Below are positions 1 through 10,098 of a stretch of DNA of 64,000 nt, piece by piece. Position numbers and translations under genes: made by a program. Every line of letters begins with the position of its first letter. Positions within the stretch are counted from its first letter, which is position 1. The notes under the pieces were generated by a model. It did not search any database, was not told the origin of the DNA, and worked only from the letters and a program-made list of their open reading frames with translations. The stretch is from an uncultured delta proteobacterium. GTDB lineage: Bacteria; Desulfobacterota; Binatia; UBA9968. The stretch lies in assembly GCA_963727625.1 (NCBI GenBank), contig CAVSHR010000004.1:1120001-1184000 (forward strand), given 5' to 3'.

Positions 1-263
1 AGCCTTCTCTCAGCGTCCGCTCGGTACTGGCTAACCTCCTTGATGAATGGGTATTTCGCTCGAAAACGCTCGGTCAGTTTATTTGCCGTTTCCAATCGCA
101 TGGCGATCGAGGCCAGCAGTTTACCGTTTTCTTTTTTTGCCGCTTGCACCAATTCAGCCTCCGTCGCCGAAGCGTCTCTTGTTTCCAAGCCGAGGCCGAA
201 GGACAGTGTGGCGCCGATCAACGCCCAGAGCAGTAAATTAAACCTCGTTTTTCTCTTATTCAT
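1..263 (-). CDS. ABC transporter extracellular solute-binding protein, N-terminal part (runs off the window)
   Basis: Not in the ORF track. Read manually: ATG at 263 after AAAGGGG, MNKRKTRFNLLLWALIGATLSFGLG (signal peptide) then EAELVQAAKKENGKL...FRAKYPFI, typical of Fe3+/thiamine-type SBPs. Confidence 0.75.
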   Translation of the reverse strand, partial: MNKRKTRFNLLLWALIGATLSFGLGLETRDASATEAELVQAAKKENGKLLASIAMRLETANKLTERFRAKYPFIKEVSQYRADAERR

Positions 264-495
264 AATTTTCCCCTTTCAAACCAGAATCGCATAAAGTTTT
301 TGGATATTGGCGAAATCATTTTGTTCGACTGCATACACACAGCCGATGATTGCGAAAATCAAACCTCGCGCCGAGCTGATGATTTGAACATAGGCACCGC
401 CGCGGTGTCTGAGTTTGGAAAATATTATGGCCGGGCGGTGATGCCCGCAAAGAATCCCCAGACCGCAACGAAATCCTTTTCGACGCGTGATATTC

Positions 496-1560
496 CTACC
501 GAGGAGGAAGCGGGCCGTTTTGGGCCATCTTCTTGTAAAGCGCGATGGTCTCGGCGTCCCGCGGTATCTCATTGATCGCCGTCTCGACCTCTTCACCCGT
601 GAGCGGACTCGGGTCGCTGCCCATGAGCTTTTTAAATTCCTTGGGAAATCCCGGATCTTTGAACGATTTGACCATCGCTTCGCGCAGAGTCCTGACAATT
701 TCTTTCGGAGTCCCCGGCGGCAGCACGTACGGCCAGCGCGGATAGAGAAAGTTGCGAAACAAGGTGATCAGCTGCCGCTCCTTGGTATTCTTGGCGAGGC
801 TGTCCAGATCGGGAACGTTGGCGAAGCGCGGGTGGAATTTACCCTTCGGGATCGTGAGCGTCGCGTGGATATTGTACTGGCCGCTCTCCAGGGCGTCCCG
901 GTTTCGGCGCAACACCGTATCCGCGCTGTTGGCTCGCGCGTCAACCTCGCCGTTCGCCAGCGCGATATCGATCTCTGGCCCGCCGAAGCCGACGACCATT
1001 CTCGGCTCCTTGAGTCCGAGGATGTACGCGAAGATGCGCCCGCTGACGTAGACGGCGTGCCCGACGGTTTGCGCTCCGATCCTTACGCCGGAGGCGGCGC
1101 GCAATTTCTCCAGGCTGTCATACCCGGCAGCCTTGCGGCTGAGGAAAACATAAGGATCGCCGCTTTCGGTGGAACCGAGGTAAATCAGTTTATCGAGATC
1201 GTACTTTACCCCGGGCATGCCCAAGATCGGACCTGTGGCGAGACCCGAACCGACGGCCGTGATCATGAGGCCGTCGGGTTTGGCCGAGGTGTAGGCATGG
1301 TTCACGGCCTTCATCCCCGCAGCGCCGGGCATGTTCTCGATGATGATCTTCGGCCGACCGGGGATGTATTTTTCCAGAAATGGGATCAGCGCGCGCGCCT
1401 GCATGTCACCCGAACCGCCGGGCCGCCCGCCGCGCAGGATAGTGATTGTTTTCCCCTCGAAGGTAGGGCTTTGGGCATCGGCTCGACCGCAAGCTGGGCC
1501 GGCGACGCCGACGGCCAGCATCAAGATGAAAATTGACATCGATTGAATTCTACAACGCAT
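496..1560 (-). CDS. Tripartite tricarboxylate transporter substrate-binding protein (TctC/Bug family)
   Basis: GGRPGGSGD, IIIENMPGAAG, KPDG, PPGTP and DPGF motifs; signal peptide; GGAGG RBS before ATG 1560. Confidence 0.9.
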   Translation of the reverse strand: MRCRIQSMSIFILMLAVGVAGPACGRADAQSPTFEGKTITILRGGRPGGSGDMQARALIPFLEKYIPGRPKIIIENMPGAAGMKAVNHAYTSAKPDGLMITAVGSGLATGPILGMPGVKYDLDKLIYLGSTESGDPYVFLSRKAAGYDSLEKLRAASGVRIGAQTVGHAVYVSGRIFAYILGLKEPRMVVGFGGPEIDIALANGEVDARANSADTVLRRNRDALESGQYNIHATLTIPKGKFHPRFANVPDLDSLAKNTKERQLITLFRNFLYPRWPYVLPPGTPKEIVRTLREAMVKSFKDPGFPKEFKKLMGSDPSPLTGEEVETAINEIPRDAETIALYKKMAQNGPLPPR

Positions 1561-1793
1561 GCTTTCTCCTCCGTCTTGGCTATGGTTTTCGACGGCGACG
1601 AGGAAATATGTACCTTCGGCGAAGTCACCGCGACGAGGCAACGCATCGCCGCGGAATCCTGCGCGCTCGCCCATTCACGGGGACCGAAGAAAATCGGGGC
1701 CGCTTCTGATAACGGAGCATCGCTCCACCGCAGAACACGGCCCGATTTTGGCCCGGCAGCTGCGGTTTTTCATCGCGCTGCCGTAGTCACAAC

Positions 1794-2903
1794 TTACATA
1801 CCTACGAATTCTTTAAACGTCTTTTGCCACGGTGCCGGTTTCATAATTTCAGTTTTAACTTTTTCCGCTTCCAACGCTGGCACCAGGGCGCCGGCGAATT
1901 CTTGGCCGAAGACCTTTTCCCAGTCTCTAACAAAGGCCGGGTCGTTGTACATGCTCTCGATGCTCTTGCGCAGCGCATCCACGATGTCGCGCGGCGTGTT
2001 TGGCGGCAAAACCAAGGTGCGAGTTAAAGTGCTATGGACGTCGTTATAGACACTCTTAAACGCATCCCAGAGCGGCCCCGAAGGGTCTTTGCCGTGGACT
2101 GACCGGTAGGCCTCTTGAAATGTCGGCGTATTTGGATTCACCGTCTTCGCGCGAACAATTTTTCCATCCTCCATGACATGCCCGGATTGCCACATTTGCA
2201 CGACCATGCCTTTTTTATATAGCTCAACAAAGGCGCCTCGGCCCAGGAAATGGGGGTCGCTGGCCTCGAAAAAGCTCGCTTCGCCACGCTCGATCGCACC
2301 GCGAATGACGGCCGTACCGGCGTAAGCGCAAACCTTCTTGAAATTTTTAATTCCCAGCAGCGTCAAGGCCATGCTGCCGGTGACGCAGGACGAATCCGTC
2401 TTCGAGCGACCCGCGACGGCGATTTTCGAGGGATCGATAGTGGTCAGATCCTTGGCGGTTTTTGCTTTGAGAAAATCGCGGACGATACCGACTCGGACCG
2501 AGCGTACGGCCCAGACGATGGGCATATTGCGCACGTCGTACTCGACAGCAGCGCCGAGAATATTGTCTTGAAGTTGTGAACTGCCGAATATCGCTGCGGT
2601 GGTACCATCGGGCTTGCTCCGATTGTAAATATAAGCACCCATGATCTTACCACCGGCGCCGGGCATGTTTTGCACGATGATCGACGGCTTACCGGAAATA
2701 TACTTGGGCAAATGCCGGGCGATCACCCGGGCCTCGAGGTCATGACCGCCTGCGGGCGGAAAACCTACAAGGATTTTGATCCGCCTCGGGCTGAATCCCG
2801 AAGCTGCTCGCGCTCCATCGGGCATTGCCATGAGCGCCAAGCCGAGCGCCGCGATCAACGCCAGGCCCTTTATGAATCTTGTGCAGAGTGTCATGCGTCG
2901 CAT
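1794..2903 (-). CDS. TctC/Bug family substrate-binding protein
   Basis: VGFPPAGGHD, IVQNMPGAGG, SKPDG and PPNTP motifs; signal peptide; AAGGAGG RBS before ATG 2903. Confidence 0.9.
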   Translation of the reverse strand: MRRMTLCTRFIKGLALIAALGLALMAMPDGARAASGFSPRRIKILVGFPPAGGHDLEARVIARHLPKYISGKPSIIVQNMPGAGGKIMGAYIYNRSKPDGTTAAIFGSSQLQDNILGAAVEYDVRNMPIVWAVRSVRVGIVRDFLKAKTAKDLTTIDPSKIAVAGRSKTDSSCVTGSMALTLLGIKNFKKVCAYAGTAVIRGAIERGEASFFEASDPHFLGRGAFVELYKKGMVVQMWQSGHVMEDGKIVRAKTVNPNTPTFQEAYRSVHGKDPSGPLWDAFKSVYNDVHSTLTRTLVLPPNTPRDIVDALRKSIESMYNDPAFVRDWEKVFGQEFAGALVPALEAEKVKTEIMKPAPWQKTFKEFVGM

Positions 2904-2960
2904 CAAATTTCCCTCCTTTGGTTGGACTGGTCGCTCCACGGCAACAGCCGCAGTGCCAAG

Positions 2961-3425
2961 TTATTTCATTTTCTTTTCGACTTTCTTCAAAACAAAAGGG
3001 GTTTTTGCCAAGACATCGCCATCGGTATTCGAGACTTCCAAAGTGTACGTGGTCGGCTCCAAGAGCTTGGCGCGTATCTCATTGTTCAAAATCCAGACCG
3101 TAGAAAATTCTCCCTTTGCATTGGTTTTCGGTTTAGGTTTAACCATTGCGCTAATGTCCGAAGGTACACCGCCGATGGGCATGAGCAACTCGAGCTCCTG
3201 ATTGGGCGCAAAACCACTGCCGGAAATCGTCACCTTCACTTTGCGCTGATAGGGCACCGGTGACGGCGAGATCATGACCTTGGCTTTGCTCATCATCGCT
3301 TTGCTCGACGCCGCTGAAGCTTTCGTGGCGCTACTGTCCATCTGACTACAGCCGAGCGTTGCCGAGAGCAATATCCCTCCCAGCGCTAACACCGTTTTCA
3401 TTGAAATAATTTTCGACATTTTCAC
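2961..3425 (-). CDS. Hypothetical lipoprotein, probable Ig-like beta-sandwich
   Basis: Lipobox-like TLGC after a hydrophobic stretch; VTISGSGF and TNAKGEF beta-strand pattern; AAGGGGGG RBS; lies inside the TTT operon. Confidence 0.75.
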   Translation of the reverse strand: MKMSKIISMKTVLALGGILLSATLGCSQMDSSATKASAASSKAMMSKAKVMISPSPVPYQRKVKVTISGSGFAPNQELELLMPIGGVPSDISAMVKPKPKTNAKGEFSTVWILNNEIRAKLLEPTTYTLEVSNTDGDVLAKTPFVLKKVEKKMK

Positions 3426-3485
3426 ATACCCCCCTTTCCTACACGAAGATCTTAATGAATCTCAAACAAATCTCCCCGGCGGCGA

Positions 3486-5531
3486 TTAAGAAATCGCCAA
3501 CCAGAACCATTCATAAACACCTTCCACACGTCCGAGAATGGATTCCTCCAGATGCGGGAAAACCGCTTCGGGCCAGGGAACGTTTAGAACCAAATCAAAC
3601 ACCCCAATCAGCAGCAGCGCCATCGCCAAGCCGCACTTCAATGATAGTCCAAGTTTTTCTCCCCCCTGCAGTTTGAGATACAGCATGACGAACATCGGCA
3701 CGGCGACCACCAAACCAAAAAGATCAATCGCGACGAACAAGCCACAAAGCCATAGAAAAGTCGTAAGCGCACGCCGGACCACGAGCGAAGTTGGCACGCT
3801 GCGGTCCACGGGAAGATCCATCATGCCGCGGGTATCCTCTTCGCCGCTCCTTTTGCGGCCGAAAAAGTCGCTGACCAGTTGGCCGAGGCACAACAAGAGG
3901 GCGGGAATGCCAATGACCCAGGGGAACAGCCGCGCTTGGATTTCCCATTGTGCGGCGGTGGCGACGCCGATAATAAACGCGGCGAGAAAGATCAGAGTGA
4001 AAATGCCGCCTGGGTTGAACTTGAACTTGATCGGAGCTTTGGGGCCGTCACGTTCGCGCTCGCGTTTTCTCATGGCGCCGCGAAAGCCGTAGAAGAGGCT
4101 CACCGCGATGAGCAAGCCGATGACAAGGACGATCGGCCTCGCTAACCAATGCCAGTCGTATCGAGTGACAGATATGAAGAGATAATTTTCGATGATGCTG
4201 CTGAGCACGAGGCCGAGAATGACTGGGGGGCGGGGCCAGCTGAAGCGTTTCATGAACCAGCCGATCACTCCGAAGATCATCAGCGACCAAAGATCGCCAA
4301 AATTACTGGTGGCCTGAAAGGCCGCGACGAACACGATGCCGAGGACGATGGGCGCGACCAATTGAATCCGGATTAACGCGATGCGCGCCAAGGGATTGGT
4401 GAAAGCCAAACAAATGCCCGCGCCCATGATGTTGGCGACCACCAGGCTCCAGATCATGGTGAATGTGACATCGAGGTGTTTGGTCAGCATCGCCGAGCCC
4501 GGCGATAGGCCTTGAATTGTCATCGCCCCGAGCAACAGCGCCATGGAGGCGCTTCCCGGCACGCCGAAAGCGAGGGTCGGGATGAGCGCCCCTCCCTCCT
4601 TCGCGTTGTTGGCGCTCTCCGGCGCGATCACGCCGCGCACGTCGCCTTTGCCGAACGACTGGGACGCGCCCTTTTCGGTCTGGATCGCGTGGCCGTAGGC
4701 GAACCAGTCGACAACGGACGCGCCGAGGCCGGGGGTGGCGCCGACCCAAACGCCGACGGCGCTGCAGCGCAACACCAAGAACCAATTCTCGAAAGCGTCG
4801 CGAATGCCGCGCCTCACTCCCTTCATCGCGTCCTTGGGCACGTCGGAAATACTCGTTCCTTTGATCACTAAATCGACGATCTCGGGTATAGCGAAGAGCC
4901 CCAGCGCCACGGGTACCAGAGGAACTCCATCCCAGAGGTACAAGGCACCGAAGGCCCAGCGGATCACTCCCGTCTGCGGATCCATGCCGATCATGCCGAC
5001 GGCCAAGCCGACTGCGCCGGCAATGAGCCCCTTCATCGGCGCGTTGCCACTCAGCACCGCGACCATGGAAATGCCCAACATGCCCATCATGAAAAACTCT
5101 GGTGAGCCGAAGGCCAGCACGACCGGGCGAATAATCGGAATCGAAAGTGCCAGAACCAGCGCGCCGAAAATGCCGCCCATCAACGATGCGGTATAAGCCG
5201 CGCCGAAGGCGCGCCCCGCTTCGCCGTTTTTCGCCATGGGATGGCCGTCCATGATCGTCGCCTGAGACGCGGCCGTACCGGGCACGCCGAAGAGCACGGA
5301 GGGGATGGTGTCCGAAGTGCTCGTAACGGAAATCAATCCGATCATGATCGAGAACGCCATGAATGGGTCCATGTCGAAAGTAAACGGCAATAGAATTGCC
5401 AGCCCAACCAAGCCGCCGAGACCAGGCATGGCGCCCAACGCAAGTCCCATGAGCACGCCAAAAAAAAGAAACAGCAGGCGCATCGGCACAGCCAAATTCA
5501 TCAGTGCGGCAAAAGCGGCATCGACAATCAT
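3486..5531 (-). CDS. Tripartite tricarboxylate transporter permease, TctA-TctB fusion
   Basis: TctA motifs GAMPGLG, GVPGT, APESANNA and LAFGVPG; extra ~180 aa C-terminal domain with ARLFP and LNVPWP resembling TctB. Confidence 0.9.
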   Translation of the reverse strand: MIVDAAFAALMNLAVPMRLLFLFFGVLMGLALGAMPGLGGLVGLAILLPFTFDMDPFMAFSIMIGLISVTSTSDTIPSVLFGVPGTAASQATIMDGHPMAKNGEAGRAFGAAYTASLMGGIFGALVLALSIPIIRPVVLAFGSPEFFMMGMLGISMVAVLSGNAPMKGLIAGAVGLAVGMIGMDPQTGVIRWAFGALYLWDGVPLVPVALGLFAIPEIVDLVIKGTSISDVPKDAMKGVRRGIRDAFENWFLVLRCSAVGVWVGATPGLGASVVDWFAYGHAIQTEKGASQSFGKGDVRGVIAPESANNAKEGGALIPTLAFGVPGSASMALLLGAMTIQGLSPGSAMLTKHLDVTFTMIWSLVVANIMGAGICLAFTNPLARIALIRIQLVAPIVLGIVFVAAFQATSNFGDLWSLMIFGVIGWFMKRFSWPRPPVILGLVLSSIIENYLFISVTRYDWHWLARPIVLVIGLLIAVSLFYGFRGAMRKRERERDGPKAPIKFKFNPGGIFTLIFLAAFIIGVATAAQWEIQARLFPWVIGIPALLLCLGQLVSDFFGRKRSGEEDTRGMMDLPVDRSVPTSLVVRRALTTFLWLCGLFVAIDLFGLVVAVPMFVMLYLKLQGGEKLGLSLKCGLAMALLLIGVFDLVLNVPWPEAVFPHLEESILGRVEGVYEWFWLAIS

Positions 5532-5897
5532 AATTCTTGGATCAATTTCAGTGCAAAAATTTTGTGTGGGTGGCGAGGTTCGCCGTTCCTTGTGACTGCG
5601 AATCTCACGACGTAGCCCACCTTACCTATTTTGTCAGTTGACTACTTTGGTTTTTCTAATACAAGTAGTTTTCCGACAAATCTGGTTTTGGCCATGTCCG
5701 TGCGTAAACAAAGTTGCCTTTCCCTGTTTCGATGAAGCGGAAGGACATGCGCGCGGTCGTCATAGGCGTCGAATTATTTATATCTCACCTGACGGCTTGC
5801 GCAGTAAGCTGTGATTTGTGAAAACTTTAGACAGATCTGCCATCGCGGTAACCGGGAACGATTTACCAATGGCAGGTCATCAGTTAGGAGGAAATCT

Positions 5898-6959
5898 ATG
5901 AGAGCGATCGACGCCGACGCCCATGTGATCGAGACCGTGCAAACTTGGAGTTACCTCGAAGGCGACGAGCGCCGGTTTACTCCTCAGCTAATGACACAGA
6001 GCTTTGGCGCGGCGCTGCGCAGCAATGAAGGCGCCGCGGTGCCGGACTTCTGGGTAATCGAGGGACGGGCGCACGGCAAGGATCGTAATGTCGGCACCGA
6101 CGCACCGAAAGAGTCACGCGAGATGCTCAGCGTCGCAGCGCGCCTCAAGCACATGGACGAGCTCGGCATCGATGTTCAGGTGCTCTACCCGACGTTGTTT
6201 CTCCGGCCGATCGTGCAGGACGCCGAGCGCGAGCACGCGCTCTGCAAGTCCTACAACCGCTGGATGGGCGATCTCTGGCGCCAGGGCAACGGCCGCCTGC
6301 GCTGGGTGGCAAAGCCGCCGCTCCGCCTCCTGGAGAAAAAACCCGCCGCGGTGCGGGACGAGCTCAATTGGGCCAAACAGAACGGCGCCTGCGGCATTTT
6401 TTTGCGCGGGCTGGAATGCGAGCGAGCGCTCGGCTCTGAGTATTTTTATCCGCTTTGGAAAATGTCCGGCGATCTCGATCTGCCCGCTTGCATCCATTCG
6501 GCCAACGGCAGTTTCCTCCATCACGACTTTTTCGCCGACGATACGACTTTTACCAAATTCAAACTCGCCGTGGTCGGCGCATTTCACACCCTGCTCGAAA
6601 AGGCGGTGCCGAAAAAATTCCCGAAGGTCCGTTGGGGATTCGTCGAAGTCAGCGCGCAATGGCTGCCCTATGTTCTGAACGATCTGGCCGATCGCTTCCG
6701 GCGCCAGGGCCGGCCGTTTCCGGCTGACGCGCTTGCCGTTAACAACCTGTGGGTGGCCTGCGAGAATACCGACGATCTTCCCTACGTGCTGAGCCACGCG
6801 GGCGAGGAACATCTGATGATCGGCACCGACTACGGTCACCATGATCCATCAACCGAGCTCAACGCCATCCGGCTGCTGCGCAACGACAAACGGATTTCCT
6901 CACAAGCAATCAAGAAAATTCTTGAGACCAATCCGCGCAAGTTTTACGGGCTTAGCTGA
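5898..6959 (+). CDS. Amidohydrolase_2 family metal-dependent hydrolase/decarboxylase
   Basis: IDADAH, MDELGIDVQVLYPT, YNRW, CIH and GTDYGH motifs; AGGAGG RBS. Confidence 0.88.
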   Translation: MRAIDADAHVIETVQTWSYLEGDERRFTPQLMTQSFGAALRSNEGAAVPDFWVIEGRAHGKDRNVGTDAPKESREMLSVAARLKHMDELGIDVQVLYPTLFLRPIVQDAEREHALCKSYNRWMGDLWRQGNGRLRWVAKPPLRLLEKKPAAVRDELNWAKQNGACGIFLRGLECERALGSEYFYPLWKMSGDLDLPACIHSANGSFLHHDFFADDTTFTKFKLAVVGAFHTLLEKAVPKKFPKVRWGFVEVSAQWLPYVLNDLADRFRRQGRPFPADALAVNNLWVACENTDDLPYVLSHAGEEHLMIGTDYGHHDPSTELNAIRLLRNDKRISSQAIKKILETNPRKFYGLS

Positions 6960-6971
6960 TTTCTCTTGCGT

Positions 6972-7007
6972 TTAAAACGTTCCAATCATTCAAAACGTTC
7001 AAGCCGT
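6972..7007. repeat. Degenerate 9-bp tandem repeat (TCAAxxCGT), intergenic
   Basis: ttaaaacgt-tccaatcat-tcaaaacgt-tcaagccgt; the same family occurs inverted at 12309-12344. Confidence 0.65.
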
Positions 7008-7218
7008 TCGATAGTCCATACCCGTCAAAATAAGGTGAGAGATATCGAGATGAACGAGCGAATCATTCGGTTTCGCTCTTGGAACTCTTGAGTTGCCGTA
7101 CACCCCGGAACAGATCGGCGGGGACGAGCGAGCACGAGCTACAAATAGCTGCGGGCGAGCAGCAAAGTCCTTCTGCCGGCTTTGATTTGCTCTCGATTCA
7201 CGATATACCCGGCAAGAT

Positions 7219-8229
7219 ATGGAATTCGGTATCTTTGATCACCTGGACCGCAACGATCTGCCGCTCAATGAATTCTACGAGGCCCGGCTTAAGCTGATCG
7301 AAGCCTATGAAAAAGCGGGTTTCTACGCTTACCATGTCGCCGAGCATCACTCGACGCCCATCGGCATGGCGCCTTCGCCGAGCGTGTTTCTCTCGGCCAT
7401 CGCGCAACGTACCAAGCGGCTTCGCTTCGGGCCAATGGTCTATGCCCTGCCCCTGCACCATCCGCTGCGTTTGATCGAAGAGATCTGCATGGTCGATCAA
7501 TTGAGCGGCGGACGGCTCGAGATCGGCTTCGGCCGCGGCTCGTCGGCGGCCGAAGTGAAGTTTTACGGCCAGGATCCGGCCAAGGCGCAGGACATTTACA
7601 CCGAAGCGCGCGCGCTGATCCTCGAGGGGCTCACCCACAACACCCTCACCTTCGAAGGCAAGTTTTTTAACTTCCTAGATATTCCAATGGAGCTTCGGCC
7701 CCTACAGAAGCCCCATCCGCCCATGTGGTACGGTGTTCACTCGGTAGAGGCCGCCGAGCGGGCGGCGCGGCAGAGTTTGAATATGGTGAGCCTTGACTCG
7801 GCCACGGACACGCGCAGCTACTTCGACCGCTTCCGCCAGGTGTGGCGCGAACTGCATGGCGGCCGCCCCACGCCGAAGCTCGGTTTAAGCCGCTTCATTG
7901 TGATCGCCGAAAATGATGACGACGCGCTCGCCGCCGCGCGGCGCGCCTACCCGGTCTGGCACAAGCATTTTTACTATTTGTACTATCTTCTCGGGGGCAA
8001 GCCCGCTCACCCGCGACCAGCCGAGTTCGACAAGATGATGGAAATCGGCCACGCCGTGGCGGGCGATCCGAAAACGGTGACGAAATTTTGTCAGCAGCAG
8101 GTTGACGCATCGGAGCTCAACTATCTGGTTGGCCAGTTCGCCTTCGGCGACCTGTCGCTCGCCGAGTCGCTGCGCTCCGTGCAGCTGTTTCAAGAACATG
8201 TCATGCCGAAGTTGAACGCAACGAAGTAG
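7219..8229 (+). CDS. LLM-class flavin-dependent oxidoreductase (luciferase-like monooxygenase)
   Basis: MEFGIF, AEHH, SAIAQRTKRLRFG, DQLSGGRLEIGFGRG and PLQKPHPPMW motifs. Confidence 0.92.
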   Translation: MEFGIFDHLDRNDLPLNEFYEARLKLIEAYEKAGFYAYHVAEHHSTPIGMAPSPSVFLSAIAQRTKRLRFGPMVYALPLHHPLRLIEEICMVDQLSGGRLEIGFGRGSSAAEVKFYGQDPAKAQDIYTEARALILEGLTHNTLTFEGKFFNFLDIPMELRPLQKPHPPMWYGVHSVEAAERAARQSLNMVSLDSATDTRSYFDRFRQVWRELHGGRPTPKLGLSRFIVIAENDDDALAAARRAYPVWHKHFYYLYYLLGGKPAHPRPAEFDKMMEIGHAVAGDPKTVTKFCQQQVDASELNYLVGQFAFGDLSLAESLRSVQLFQEHVMPKLNATK

Positions 8230-8372
8230 CACTTGCAACGAGACGCGGAGACCAGCACGAATTTCGAGATCCGAACTTCGAAACAAATTCAATTGATCAG
8301 AATTGTCCATTAATTAAACCGGTCTGTTTTGGATTTCGAGTTTTAATTTTAAGTTTTTTAAAGGAGGCTAAA

Positions 8373-9203
8373 ATGGAAAAGATCGGCTTTGTCGGCACTG
8401 GGGCGATGGGCAGCGCTCTCTTATCGCGTTTGAAACTCGCCGGTGGCAGCGCCCTCGCCTTCGACATCGCGCCCAAAGCGATGGAAGCGGCGCGCGCGGA
8501 AGGCGCCCAGACCGCGCCTTCGGCGAAGGCGCTGGCGCAGAATTCGACGCTGATCGACGTGGTCGTGCGCACGGATCAGGAAGTGCTCGAGTGCATGCTC
8601 GGCAACAACGGCGTTTTGGAAGGCGCCGCGCCCGGCACGCTGGTGTTGCTGCATAGCACGATCCGTCCGACGACAACCAAGACCGTCGCTCAAGCCGCGG
8701 CGGACAAGCGGGTTAACGTCATCGACGCCTGCATGACGGCGGTTCCCGGCGTGGTGCGCCAGGGCGGCTTGACGTTCCTCGTCGGCGGCCAAAAAGCATT
8801 CTTTGACCGTGCCAAGCCCCATTTGCTCAGCATGGCCAAGGACGCCGTCCACATGGGAGCGCTCGGCTGCGGCAACGTCACCAAGCTTTTCAAGAATATG
8901 GTCACGGCGTCCGAAGCGCTGATCGTTTACGAAGCGCTGCAGATCGCCAAGGCCGGCGGCGTCAGTTACAAAGCGGCGCTCGACCTAATGCAAAAAACCA
9001 AGTCGCAGCATATCCTAGACCGCTGGGACACCAGATACGATATTTCCGGCGACGAGTTGAAGTTCAACCCGGGGACCAATCTATATGACAAAGACCTGCC
9101 GCTCGCGGCCGAAGTTGGCAAAACGCTCGGCGCGGAAATCCCCGTCGTCGAAGCCCTGGCGAAGTTGGGCGTCAAGTTGAACGGCGGCAAGGTCAGTATC
9201 TAA
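8373..9203 (+). CDS. NAD(P)-dependent oxidoreductase, 3-hydroxyisobutyrate dehydrogenase family
   Basis: IGFVGTGAMG Rossmann motif, HST, GCGNVTKLFKN, KDL; AAGGAGG RBS. Confidence 0.88.
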   Translation: MEKIGFVGTGAMGSALLSRLKLAGGSALAFDIAPKAMEAARAEGAQTAPSAKALAQNSTLIDVVVRTDQEVLECMLGNNGVLEGAAPGTLVLLHSTIRPTTTKTVAQAAADKRVNVIDACMTAVPGVVRQGGLTFLVGGQKAFFDRAKPHLLSMAKDAVHMGALGCGNVTKLFKNMVTASEALIVYEALQIAKAGGVSYKAALDLMQKTKSQHILDRWDTRYDISGDELKFNPGTNLYDKDLPLAAEVGKTLGAEIPVVEALAKLGVKLNGGKVSI

Positions 9204-9204
9204 G

Positions 9205-9293
9205 AAGATGAAGGATCAGGGATAAAGGATGGATTAGAGCTTAACTCCATCTTCTTTTCTTATATTATCCGTTATCTTTTATCCTTTATCCTT
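9205..9293. repeat. Inverted pair of 7-bp periodic tracts (AGGATxA / ATCCTTT)
   Basis: aagatga-aggatca-gggataa-aggatgg followed by atccgtt-atctttt-atccttt-atccttt. Confidence 0.55.
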
Positions 9294-9299
9294 TTTCTC

Positions 9300-9539
9300 A
9301 TGCGCGCTAAGACCTATCGCGGCCATCGGGTGGAGCTGGAATCGGAATCCACACGCTCGGGCGAATGGGTTGCCAGGGCCACCGTCGTGGTCTTCGAAGG
9401 TAAAAAAGAGAAACGCATTCCGATCTTCGGCCGGCGCCGGGCGACCTTCGATACTTTGAGAGAGGCCAACGCCTACGCCTTCGAGCTGGCTAAACTCTGG
9501 ATTGACGGCAGGACCTGGGGCACCAACGGACATGGTTAA
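9300..9539 (+). CDS. Small hypothetical protein
   Basis: 79 aa ORF filling the gap between genes, with a plausible beta/alpha pattern (YRGHRVEL...FDTLREANAYAFELAKLWID). Confidence 0.65.
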   Translation: MRAKTYRGHRVELESESTRSGEWVARATVVVFEGKKEKRIPIFGRRRATFDTLREANAYAFELAKLWIDGRTWGTNGHG

Positions 9540-9564
9540 TAGCTAATTGACAACGGAGGAGTAG

Positions 9565-9984
9565 ATGGAAATAACCGACGCGCAAACGTTTTTAAAAGAT
9601 AACCACCGTGCTTGCATCGCGGTCAGGCAAAAAGACGGCTGGCCACAGATGACTTTCGTCACGCCCGGCATCGACCCCCAAGGCCGCGTGATCATTACCT
9701 CGCGCGGCACAACCTACAAGATCAAACATATTCGCCGCGATCCGCGGGTATCCATGTTGCTCTTCGGAGAGCAGTACAGCGGCTCGAAGTTCGTGCAGAT
9801 CCACGGCACGGCGGAAATCATCGAGCAGCCGGAGGCAATAGACACGCTGATCTACTGGTACAAGCAGGTGCGCGGCGAGCACAAGGATTGGGAGCAGTAT
9901 AAAAAACAGATGATCGATGAAAAGCGCGTGATCATCCGCGTCAACATCGAGAAAGTCGGCCCGCAGAGCTTGAAGAGAATCTAA
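9565..9984 (+). CDS. PPOX-class (pyridoxamine 5'-phosphate oxidase-like) putative F420-dependent oxidoreductase
   Basis: DGWPQMT, KIKHIRRDPRVS, VQIHGTAEI and EKRVIIRV motifs; GGAGGAG RBS. Confidence 0.85.
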   Translation: MEITDAQTFLKDNHRACIAVRQKDGWPQMTFVTPGIDPQGRVIITSRGTTYKIKHIRRDPRVSMLLFGEQYSGSKFVQIHGTAEIIEQPEAIDTLIYWYKQVRGEHKDWEQYKKQMIDEKRVIIRVNIEKVGPQSLKRI

Positions 9985-10011
9985 CCGCTCGACTTCGCTT
10001 ACCCTTTGACT

Positions 10012-10070
10012 GTGCTCCGCGCCTCCGCGGTGAAGATTGCGAATTTTCTTACCGCAGGCACGCGGAGTAC
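10012..10070. repeat. REP-like palindrome between convergent genes, possibly a bidirectional terminator
   Basis: gtgctccgcg...gcggtgaaga / tcttaccgc...cgcggagtac inverted arms. Confidence 0.55.
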
Positions 10071-10098
10071 GCCAAGAATTAAATCAAGATGGTTTGAA

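Noticed and set aside
487-1536. Long ORFs antisense to real genes (e.g. 487-1536, 11215-12255, 26887-27747, 51481-52488, 63014-63907)
   Set aside because: Shadow ORFs expected in GC-rich coding DNA. They have no recognisable motifs, and the opposite strand carries clear family signatures.
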